Positions 1-7,800 of a stretch of DNA of 10,418 bases are shown here, piece after piece. A model generated the notes under the pieces. The model had not been told where the DNA came from. It worked only from the letters and a program-made list of their open reading frames with translations, and did not search any database. This stretch comes from Candidatus Methylomirabilia bacterium (GTDB lineage: Bacteria > Methylomirabilota > Methylomirabilia > Rokubacteriales > CSP1-6). The position numbers and the translations under genes were made by a program. The first letter of the stretch is position 1. Each line of letters starts with the position of its first letter. Location of the stretch: contig JBGPXN010000163.1 of assembly GCA_041492755.1 (NCBI GenBank), forward strand, positions 1-10,418, written 5' to 3'.

Positions 1-362
1 CGTCAGGAACCTCCAAGAAGGTGGGCTAGGGCCTCTTACCGCTCCTGAATCGCGTCCGTGGACGGCGCCAGCGGGGCGCTCGCGGTCACCGCGGTCAGGA
101 GGAGTTCCACCCAGGAAGACCCCTTCGTCTTACTCGGCCCGCACGTCGCCGGGATGGCAGGTCGTGCCGGCCGGGGGTGCCGGCACGTTCTGCTGAAAGT
201 AGAACGCTCTTAAGGATGCCCGTGTAGCGCCACGTCGTCCCCGGGCAAGAGTCAGCCCCCAAAAGGGCTACCGGCTCGTGAACGCAGGCACGATGTCAGG
301 GTTTCCCGCGTCGGCAACGTGATCTTTGTTGGGTTCAATTCGGGCCGCAGAGGGCCAGAGAG

Positions 363-1128
363 ATGAAATCGGTAGTGTTCGCTATGATCGCGCTCTTCAC
401 GTCTCTCGTCGTGGTGGCTTGGACCGCCGATGAACCGACCGGGTTCCGAAATACCCCCTGGGGGTCGCCGTGGAGTCCCGCCGGGTTTAGAGCGCTTCCA
501 GGCTGCGAGAATCAAGGAGCCATTCTAACCTTCGTGGGTAACGCCTTCGTTGAGGTCCACCATACAGAATGCGTCGACTACAAGATGGCCGAGGAGGTTC
601 GGACGAATCTGCTCCTTACGTACTCGGACGTAAAGATGGGCTCGCTCGAGGGGTCACAGATAGCGCTGCGTAGTCTCGCCTTCCAGCGGTCGTGGGGGCT
701 TTCGGCGAGTCAGCGAGCAAGCGCACGTCGAGGTCGACACCCTCGTGAAGCTGCGTCGCTTGAATGGCGAAGATGGCCAGCTCTTCCCTGATATGGCCGA
801 GCGTCGCCAGCAAATCCCCGCGACCATGTACGGGCTGCAAGCCTACCAGATCAACTTTGCACATGAGTACTTTGGTCAGATCCGCGCGGCCACACTGAGC
901 CGATTCGGCCCGCCAACGACAAACGTCACCGAGGCTCTCCAGTCGTTGGGCGGCGCGACGTTCAAGGGCGACCGCATGATGTGGGCTGGCGAAAATACGA
1001 TCGCGATCCTGAGGGAGTATGGTGGCACCATTCGATCGGGGTACCTCGCCGTCACGACGCGGGCCTATTTCGACGCGTTGAACGCAAAGGATCAAGCCAC
1101 CGGTCGTGAGATCAAGAAAGGCTTCTGA
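363..1128 (+). pseudogene. Frameshifted secreted hypothetical protein (signal peptide plus EPTGFRNTPWG motif), split into ORFs 363-791 and 745-1128
   Basis: Frame 363 encodes a signal peptide (MKSVVFAMIALFTSLVVVAWTA) and protein-like sequence that turns into Arg/Ala-rich junk after about nt 720. The next frame is open from 664 to the stop at 1128, reads as a protein C-terminus, and has no obvious RBS before GTG 745. Could also be a sequencing indel. Confidence 0.6.
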
Positions 1129-1160
1129 TTCACCTAACCCGCTACCCACAGGAGACCCCA

Positions 1161-1370
1161 ATGGACATCGGACTCGGACTCGTGATCAGTGGACTCGCCA
1201 CGCTCGCGTTCTACGGCGTGACAGCGATCCTCGAAGCCACGGGCGTGCTTCAACCGAAGGTGCCGCCCACGATCAGCGCCCCGGCCGGTCCCCGTGCTGA
1301 GGAGTCGGCGGGCCCACTGAGACTGAGCAACGGAGGATCAGACCATGACGACGCATATCGTGAACGGTGA
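1161..1370 (+). CDS. Small membrane protein, 69 aa
   Basis: AGGAG RBS at 1150-1154 before ATG; N-terminal hydrophobic helix IGLGLVISGLATLAFYGVTAIL. Confidence 0.55.
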   Translation: MDIGLGLVISGLATLAFYGVTAILEATGVLQPKVPPTISAPAGPRAEESAGPLRLSNGGSDHDDAYRER

Positions 1371-1500
1371 CGCGGCGAACCTGAACGGATGGACCCCCGC
1401 GTCGCTGGCGGCGGCGCTGCGTGATCCGCTTGCAGCATTGGGCGTCGATGTCGAGTGCCGACCCCAGGAGTCCGGGCTCGGCGGGCTCCAGGACGAGTGA
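1345..1500 (+). CDS. Small hypothetical protein, 51 aa (MTTHIVNGDAANLNGWTPASLAAALRDPLAALGVDVECRPQESGLGGLQDE); not in the ORF track
   Basis: GGAGG at 1332-1336, ATG at 1345, TGA at 1498-1500 overlapping the next start in a GTGA junction. Confidence 0.55.
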   Translation: MTTHIVNGDAANLNGWTPASLAAALRDPLAALGVDVECRPQESGLGGLQDE

Positions 1501-1643
1501 GCGGCGAGGGCGCAGCCTTTTTCGCCGGACTCGGAGGCGTAGTTCTCTTTTTCCTCTGGAAAATCTGGGGCGCACTCTCGAATATCGCGCGGCTCCTAGA
1601 GCGGCTCATCGATGCGGTTGCCGAGTCACGGGAATCAAACTGA
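1497..1643 (+). CDS. Small single-pass membrane protein, 48 aa (start re-called from 1455 to GTG 1497)
   Basis: GTGA stop/start overlap with the upstream ORF; hydrophobic segment AAFFAGLGGVVLFFLWKIW followed by amphipathic LSNIARLLERLIDAVA. Confidence 0.5.
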   Translation: MSGEGAAFFAGLGGVVLFFLWKIWGALSNIARLLERLIDAVAESRESN

Positions 1644-1739
1644 GACACTACCCAGCGCTGCGGGGCTCGCGCCGCACCGCGGCCGCCAGCGTGCGCCTTT
1701 CACGCCCACCGACGCCCCCGCGACCTCGGCGCGAGAGAT

Positions 1740-2141
1740 TCAGGCGCAGCGGGCCGAGGCGGAGGGGACCTGCGGAAGGACCAGGGCATCAGCGGGCGCC
1801 TCTCCAGGCGCGCCGACGAGTTGGAAGTAAACGTTTACCGCCACGGCACCGACGGTGAGGCGCACAAAGCACACGATGTCGTCATGCGGGCCGCCTTCCC
1901 GCGGCGTGCACCGTGCCGTTGGGTGCTTGGCCTTGATGTCGGCCTCGCTCGCGCCGAAGGGAATGTCGCGGAAGCCGGTCGGCGCGTCGGCGGCCAGCGC
2001 GGCGAGCGGAAATTCGAGCGCGAAGACGGCGGCTGACAACGGCGCTCGCACTGACTCCTGAAGGCGACCCGGCGCGAGCAGCATGTTGCCGAGGCCCACC
2101 ACCGCCCACAGCAGCCCGATGATGATCATCGCGAGACCCAT
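1740..2141 (-). pseudogene. Probably chimeric and truncated membrane/secreted protein with an ADAPTGFRDIPFG motif
   Basis: Strong GAGGAGG RBS (2147-2153, minus strand) and an N-terminal TM helix, then an internal AGGAG plus GTG (2051) opening a second signal peptide ending in ALA-A. Motif is paralogous to ORF 363; the C-terminus degrades to low-complexity sequence. Confidence 0.45.
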
Positions 2142-2242
2142 GCCGGCCTCCTCGTCGGGCTCGATCCTACCGCCGCGGCTTCGCTCCTGTCCGTCGGGGA
2201 ACCCACGACCGCCTGGCGGGTCCTGATTGCCGGGCTCCCCAC

Positions 2243-2264
2243 AACTTCACCGGAACTTCACCGG
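2243..2264. repeat. Perfect 11-bp tandem direct repeat AACTTCACCGG x2
   Basis: Read directly at 2243-2253 and 2254-2264; bracketed by the inverted repeat GGGCTCC (2232-2238) / GGAGCCC (2263-2269). Confidence 0.9.
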
Positions 2265-2295
2265 AGCCCACGTCGAGCCCCGCCGTCCCGACGCA

Positions 2296-2306
2296 TGGTA
2301 TATCGT
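2296..2306 (+). promoter_or_regulatory. Putative sigma70 -10 region of tRNA-Ser(TGA)
   Basis: TGGTATATCGT, an AT-rich patch with TAnnnT (2301-2306) 22 nt before the tRNA; same pattern as TGCTATATACT before the other tRNA pair. Confidence 0.55.
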
Positions 2307-2328
2307 AAGTGCCGGTCGTGATTGACTC

Positions 2329-2417
2329 GGAGGGCTAGCCTCAACTGGCAAGGCAGTGGACTTGAAATCCACCGAGGCGCAAGCCTCATGGGGGTTCGAA
2401 TCCCTCGCCCTCCGCCA
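2329..2417 (+). tRNA. tRNA-Ser (anticodon TGA)
   Basis: Acceptor stem GGAGGGC/GCCCTCC, anticodon arm GTGGA-CTTGAAA-TCCAC (TGA at 2363-2365), long variable arm GAGGC-GCAA-GCCTC, T-loop TTCGAAT, discriminator G, encoded CCA. Confidence 0.97.
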
Positions 2418-2474
2418 TAAATACGAACACTTCGGGCCGGGTGGTGAGCCGGGCTCGTGGTGTGACTGTGACGG

Positions 2475-2850
2475 CTAGCTCTGAGCGGACCTCAATGGTA
2501 TGACCGTGCGGGCGGAGGCTGCGTCGGTAACGGCTTGGGTCGCGAGCAACGCATCGGCCACGTCCTGCTCGTCCACGATGGAGTACGGTGGAACACGAAC
2601 TTCCGCAACCGCCGTGGTGCCATCCTTCCGGCGGTACTCCCGGGCCGCCTGGCGGCGCGCGATGATCTCGCCGAGCCGGCCCACCGACGGGATCACCCGC
2701 GGCATGCCGTTCTTCACGTTCGCTCGCCGGAGTCGGATGGCCCGGCCATCGCGGTCGACATCGGACCATCGGAGTGTCCGCGCTTCACTCTGATGCCACC
2801 CCGTCGAGTAGATCCACCGCCACCAGTCTTGGAGGTCGTCGGGCAGGGCC
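2475..2850 (-). pseudogene. Tyrosine recombinase/integrase remnant (partial catalytic domain)
   Basis: LPDDLQD..YSTGWHQSEARTLRWSDVD matches box I (TGxRxxE..L.W.DVD) with Arg replaced by His; KNG.PRVIP carries the catalytic Lys; YSIVDEQD matches the segment at the catalytic Tyr. The N-terminal domains and the HxxR box are absent. It ends 57 bp from the tRNA 3' end, convergent with it. Confidence 0.85.
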
Positions 2851-3058
2851 CGCGCACCAGGGATGCTGCCCGGCCACGACGCGAGCGTAGGACGTGATGG
2901 GGTCAACGCCACGGGTCGGATACGGTCCTTAGCCGGCGCGCGCCAAGTCGCTGCACGCCCATGAATCTGCACACCCCTGCAAAACGGCGAGGAACGATGT
3001 GAAGCAGGCTGGCGGATCACCCCACCGGCAACCTATCGACAACCCGAGCATGCTGGAG

Positions 3059-3074
3059 CGGCACGGGAATTGCC
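3059..3074 (+). promoter_or_regulatory. sigma54 (-24/-12) promoter
   Basis: CGGCACG-GGAA-TTGCC against consensus TGGCACG-N4-TTGCW; GG (3060-3061) and GC (3072-3073) are exactly 10 nt apart. Confidence 0.7.
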
Positions 3075-3086
3075 CGCCCCGTCACC

Positions 3087-3254
3087 ATGCTCGACTGTAT
3101 GTGGTGCCACGAGCCCATTCGCGAAAACCACGACTTCTGCCTTCTGCCCTTCGCGGTCTACCATACCGCGTGTTGGGATCTGCGGTGTGCGTCGGTGGGC
3201 AGGGGCGGGCATCCGCCAGTCTTTCGCAGCGGCCGCGCACATCATCCGGAGTAG
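3087..3254 (+). CDS. 55-aa zinc-finger microprotein (C-x2-C-x18-H-x2-C, half-LIM-like); not in the ORF track
   Basis: Manual translation: MLDCMWCHEPIRENHDFCLLPFAVYHTACWDLRCASVGRGGHPPVFRSGRAHHPE*, TAG at 3252-3254; lies immediately downstream of the sigma54 motif. Confidence 0.65.
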   Translation: MLDCMWCHEPIRENHDFCLLPFAVYHTACWDLRCASVGRGGHPPVFRSGRAHHPE

Positions 3255-3363
3255 CGACCCCACCCGACGTCACAACCTGAGGGACGGGCACGTTCCCGTT
3301 CGCGCCCGCTGCACGCTTGGCGGTCAACGTGGAACGGCATCGGCCTGATCGCCGCCGGCATGG

Positions 3364-3580
3364 TGGCTTCGCACCTCTGAGGATCTTGTCGATGTAGCTT
3401 CCCATGCGCCTGCCCAGATCGGCCGGGTTCACCCCGTAGGAGATGAGACCGCCGGCATCCGCGAACTCCCGGATCCCGTAGATGGCTGGAAGCTGCTTCT
3501 CGCGGGCGAACTCGACGATGCGTGCTGGCGACGGCGATCGGGCGGATCGGCGTCGCGGCTGCCTTCACGGCCGCGATCAT
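3364..3580 (-). pseudogene. Fragment of an ABC transporter substrate-binding protein (ABC_sub_bind type)
   Basis: 3525-3364 translates to ARIVEFAREKQLPAIYGIREFADAGGLISYGVNPADLGRRMGSYIDKILRGAKP, the typical GGLxSYG...YxDKILxGAKP region, and similarity stops right after AKP. An out-of-frame AAVKAAATPI upstream resembles the family's AAKxATxTIP motif. Confidence 0.85.
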
Positions 3581-3692
3581 GGTCACGCTGAGCATGCAGG
3601 GCGTCTCGCTCTGGGTTCTTGGCGCGAACGCGACGGCACGCGGCGCCCCGGGTGGTGCGGGTGGTCGGTCGCCCCGCGAAGGCTGACGCCCG

Positions 3693-4361
3693 TTACGTCG
3701 CGCTCAGCGGTGGACCGTCGAACCGCTCGCGCGTCGCGAACTCCGGCACCGCCTTCCGCTTGAGCTTCGTGAGCCTTCGGGTTGGTCGCCCCAGCGGCAT
3801 GACCGCGCACACCGCGACGTGGCGGGGGATGCCGAGCAGCTCCTGGAGCTTCGGCTCCTGCGCGACCGGGAGCGTCGTGATCGTGCCGCCGTAGCCTTCG
3901 TGGCGGGCTCCCATGAGGATGTTCCAGGCGAAGGGATAGACGGACGCGCCGCTGATCACGCCGACGCGGGGAAGGAGCTGGTCGATCGAGGCGACGACCT
4001 TGAGATCGACGCAGACGACGAGAACGACCGGCGCCTTGGTGAACGGCTCGGTCAGGCGGGCCGGCACCTGGGTCCGCTCGATCGTCGCGGCGTCGACCGT
4101 CGTCGCATCGATCGTGTTCCACGGACTCTCGCCGGCGGCGACCTGGGCGGCGTAGCGCTTGGCCGCGGGGACGGCGAGGTCCGAGAGCGCTTTGCGCGTC
4201 GCCGGATCGCGGACGACGACGACGTGCCAGCCCTGGCGGTTGCCGCCGCTGGGGCCGAAGCGCGCGTGATCGAGGATCTTGAAGAGCACCGCGTCGGGGA
4301 CGGGCTCGTCGGTGAACTCCCGGGCGGCGAAGGTGGTCCGCATGACGTCGTAGAGCTCCAT
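3693..4361 (-). CDS. Nitroreductase family protein (FMN-dependent), 222 aa; start re-called to ATG 4361
   Basis: GAGGAG RBS at 4368-4373; motifs MRTTFAAREFTDEPVPD, ARFGPSGGNRQGWHVVVV, APVVLVV, NILMGARHEGYG, LLGIP and MPLGRP. Confidence 0.93.
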   Translation of the reverse strand: MELYDVMRTTFAAREFTDEPVPDAVLFKILDHARFGPSGGNRQGWHVVVVRDPATRKALSDLAVPAAKRYAAQVAAGESPWNTIDATTVDAATIERTQVPARLTEPFTKAPVVLVVCVDLKVVASIDQLLPRVGVISGASVYPFAWNILMGARHEGYGGTITTLPVAQEPKLQELLGIPRHVAVCAVMPLGRPTRRLTKLKRKAVPEFATRERFDGPPLSAT

Positions 4362-4489
4362 GCCTGTCTCCTCGTCCGCCGAAGATACACCGAGGGCGTG
4401 GATTGCGGGCATCGTCGGCGCGCGGTAGGGTACGCGGTCATGCGGCCTCAGCACGGTCGAGCGCCGTGACGATCAAGGGCCGGACGCCC

Positions 4490-4765
4490 ATGCGCCAGCG
4501 GGCCGGCGCGCTCGTTCTCGCCGGCGTCGTGCTCGCCGTGAGTGCGTGCAGCGTGGCCCGGAAGGTCTACGATCCGACGCGCTGGGTCTACGAGAGGAAG
4601 GACGCGACGCCGGCCCGGCTCGACCGCGACATGACGTCCTGCCGGCGGGAATCCATCGACTTGAGCAAGTTCGCGCCGACAGCCTCGCAGCGGATCGATC
4701 GCGAGAAGTTCAACCGGTGCATGGAACGACACGGCTACACCGTGCGGACCGAGCAGGAGGAGTGA
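4490..4765 (+). CDS. Small lipoprotein, about 91 aa (start ATG 4490 or GTG 4466)
   Basis: Basic N-terminus, hydrophobic core and lipobox VSA-C; two further Cys in RDMTSC and FNRCMERHGY could form a disulfide. Confidence 0.8.
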   Translation: MRQRAGALVLAGVVLAVSACSVARKVYDPTRWVYERKDATPARLDRDMTSCRRESIDLSKFAPTASQRIDREKFNRCMERHGYTVRTEQEE

Positions 4766-4896
4766 AGGCGCCCCTCCCTGGTGCGGGTTTTCCCTGATAG
4801 CCCCCGCGAGCCAGTCTTGGCAGTATGCGCCCGTGACGATCACGGCCGTCACCACGCCGGACGGGTTCGCGCGATGAGCAGGGGATCCGCGCGCTG

Positions 4897-7800
4897 ATGG
4901 ACGGCGAGCGCGCCCGTCGGTTCGAAGTGCTGACCCGGCTGGCGCAGAGCGTCACGCGCTCGCCCGACCCCGCCGAAACGCTGCGGCAGGTCGCCGCCGC
5001 CGCCACAGAGCTGGTGCCGGATTCCTACGCGGGCATCTGGGTCGCCCAGGACGACCGCCTGCTCCTACGCGCCGAAGCCGGCCGGCGCCAGCCGCCGTTG
5101 CCGGGCCGGCGCACGACCATGACGGCCGACGAAGGCTTCGGCGGCCCGGTCGCGCGCTGGGCCAAGACCCGCGTCGTGCCCGATATCTCCGCCGATGCCA
5201 CCGCGCTCAACCACGAGTGGATGCTCGCCGAGGGGTTCGTCTCGTACGTGGGGGTGCCGCTGATCGCGCGCGAGCGCCTGGTGGGCGTGCTCACGTTGCT
5301 CTCTCGCGAGCGCTGGGACTTCACCGCGGACATGCAGGAGGTTCTGGAGTCGTTCGGCGCGCAGGCCGCGATCGCGATCGCGAACGCCGACGCCTATCAT
5401 CGCCTCCGGCGGCTGGCCCGGCTCAGCCGTACCGTCTCGGCGTCCCTCGACGTCGAGACCGCGTTGCGCGAAATCGTGGGCGCCGCCGCCGAGCTCATGG
5501 CCGTGCCGGCGGCGGGGTGCTGGATCGCGGACGAGACCTCCGCGCGGCTCGGCCTGTGCGCGTTTTCCGATCCCGAGGCCGCCGTGGGCCTCGCTGCCGA
5601 TACGGTGCCGTTCGGGCGCGGGCTGGCGGGGTGCACCGCGTCGGCGCGGGCGCCGGTGCACGTTCCCGACGTCTTCGCCGACCCGAGAACGGTCTCGCGG
5701 ACGTGGTACGAGGCCCGCGGCCTGCGCAGCTTCCTGGGACTGCCCGTGATCTACGAGGGCTCTCTGCTCGCCGTGCTCGGATTGTTCGGCCGCCGGCCCT
5801 TCGAGCTGGACGCGCCCCATCAGGATCTGCTCGACACCTTCGTGGCCCACGCGGCCACCGCGATCCGGAATGCGGGGCGGTATCAGGACAGCGAGCGCCG
5901 GCGGCGCTCGGCGGAGGCGCTCGCGCAGATCGACCGGGCGCTCGCCGACTCGCTCGACCCCGACGTCGTCTGCGCCCGGATCGTGGAAGAGATCAGTCAA
6001 CTGCTCGGCGTGCGGGCCGCGGCGCTGTTCCGATTGGACCCGCAATCGGGCGCGCTCGCGCTCATCGCCCGCTCGAGCGGCGAAGGAACGTTTCCGTGGC
6101 TCGCGGTCATTCCTCCCGGCGTGGGCATCGGCACGCTGGCCGTCGCGCGGGGATGCGTCGTGGTGACGCGCGACTGCCTGGAGACGGACGAGATCTCGTT
6201 CACGCCCGAGTTCCGCCGGCTCCTCGAGGATTCCGACGAGCGCGCGATGCTGGCGGCGCCGCTGATTGCCCACGGCCGCACGATCGGCGTGTTGATGGTT
6301 CGCGATCGCACGGGCCGGGAGTTCGAGGAGACGGCCCGCTCGCTGGCGCAAGGGCTCGCCGATCGCGCCGCGATCGCCCTGGCCAACGCCAGCCTCTTCG
6401 CGGCCGAGAAAACGGCCCGCGCGGCGTTGGCGTCGGAGCGGCGCGTCCTCGAGCTCATCGCCACCGGCGCCCCCTTGTCCGAGGTGCTCCACGCCGTGTG
6501 CCTCGGTGTCGAGGCGCAGAGCGAGGGCGCCCTCTGCGCCGTCATGCTCGTCGGCCGTGAGCGAGACGGCCTTCATCCGGGCGGCAACGGAAGCGTGCCC
6601 GAGGAGTTTCTGGAGGGCACCGCGCGCCTGCCCATCGCGTCGACGGCGGCGGCATGCGGCACGGCCGCCTGGCGCAAGGCCCCGGTGGTGACGTTCGACA
6701 TCGCCGAGGATCCGCTGTGGGCGGGGCGTCGGGCGCGCGCGATGAGCTTCGGGCTGCGCGCCTGCTGGTCGACGCCGATTCTCGCGGCGGGCGACGAGGT
6801 CCTGGGCACCGTCGCGGTGTACTCGCGTTCGCCGCGTCACCCCACGGCGGCCGAGGCGCACGTGGTGGACCAGGCGACGAACCTGGCCCGCATCGCGATC
6901 GAACGCGACCATGCCGAGACCGCGCTCCGCGAGAGCGAATCCCGGTTCCAGGCGTTCATGGACAACAGCCCGGCCGTGGTGTGGGTGAAGGACGAGCACG
7001 GCCGCTATGTCTACGCGAACCAGGCGTATCTCAAGCAAGGCGGGTGGGCGTTCGTGGACGTCGTGGGCAAGACGGTGTTCGACCTCTGGCCCGAGTCAAC
7101 GGCGCGACGAATCTCCGACGACGACGAGGCGGTGCGCCGGCTCGGCGAAGTGAAGACGTTCATGGTCGAGCTGCCCCGGCCCGACGGCACCCGCGGTGAG
7201 TGGCTCGCCTACCGATTCCCGATGCGGGACGCGGCCGGCCGCCGGCTGCTGGGCGGCGTCAGCATCGACATCACGGAGCGGCGGCGCGCCGAGCGCGCCC
7301 TGAAGCGTGAGACGGCATTCGTGGAGTTGATGCAGGTCGCCGCGGTGGCGGCCAACCAGTCGCCCAGCGTGGAGGCCGCGCTGCAGACCACCGTCGACGT
7401 CATTTGTCTGCACACCGGCTGGCCGGTGGGTCACGTCCTGGCGCTGGACGAGCGCAATGTCGAGATGGTCTCCGCCGGCGTGTGGCACCTCGAGGATCCC
7501 GACCGCTACGAGGCCTTTCGCGCGGCCACGGCGGGCGCGCGCTTCGTGGCCGATGACGGATTGATCGGGTCCGTGATGCGCGATCGCCGGCCGGCGTGGA
7601 CCGGCATGTTGTGCCACGGGATTGCCCGACCCCGCCATCTCGCGGCCCGCGACGCGGGCCTCACCTTCGCCATCGCGTGCCCCGTGCTCGTGCGCAACGA
7701 GGTCGTGGCCATCATCGAGTTCTTCTCGGTGCGCGCGGAAGAGCCCGATCCGCCGTTCCTGGCCGTCATGGAGCAGATCGGGACCCAGCTCGGCCGCGCC

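Noticed and set aside
2329..2417. tRNA-Sec or opal suppressor reading of the TGA-containing tRNA
   Set aside because: The anticodon is TGA (reads UCA, Ser), not TCA, and the 7-bp acceptor plus 5-bp T stem is canonical.
2386..2769. 127-aa minus ORF, and likewise the 75-aa ORF at 10103-10330
   Set aside because: Both run through tRNA genes ([19 protein letters not shown]), a known source of spurious ORFs.
2851..3020. N-terminal part of the 181-aa integrase ORF
   Set aside because: No integrase-like sequence or RBS; it is chance read-through upstream of the remnant.
2999..3348. Track ORFs 2999-3280, 3033-3263 and 3070-3348
   Set aside because: No motifs or convincing RBS; the third plus frame (3087-3254) has both a zinc-ligand pattern and a matching promoter.
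4362..4454. Extended N-terminus of the nitroreductase
   Set aside because: Family similarity begins at MELYDVMRT, which has its own GAGGAG RBS.
4874..4897. 7-codon uORF (MSRGSAR) whose TGA overlaps the kinase ATG
   Set aside because: Too short, with no clear RBS, to separate from chance.
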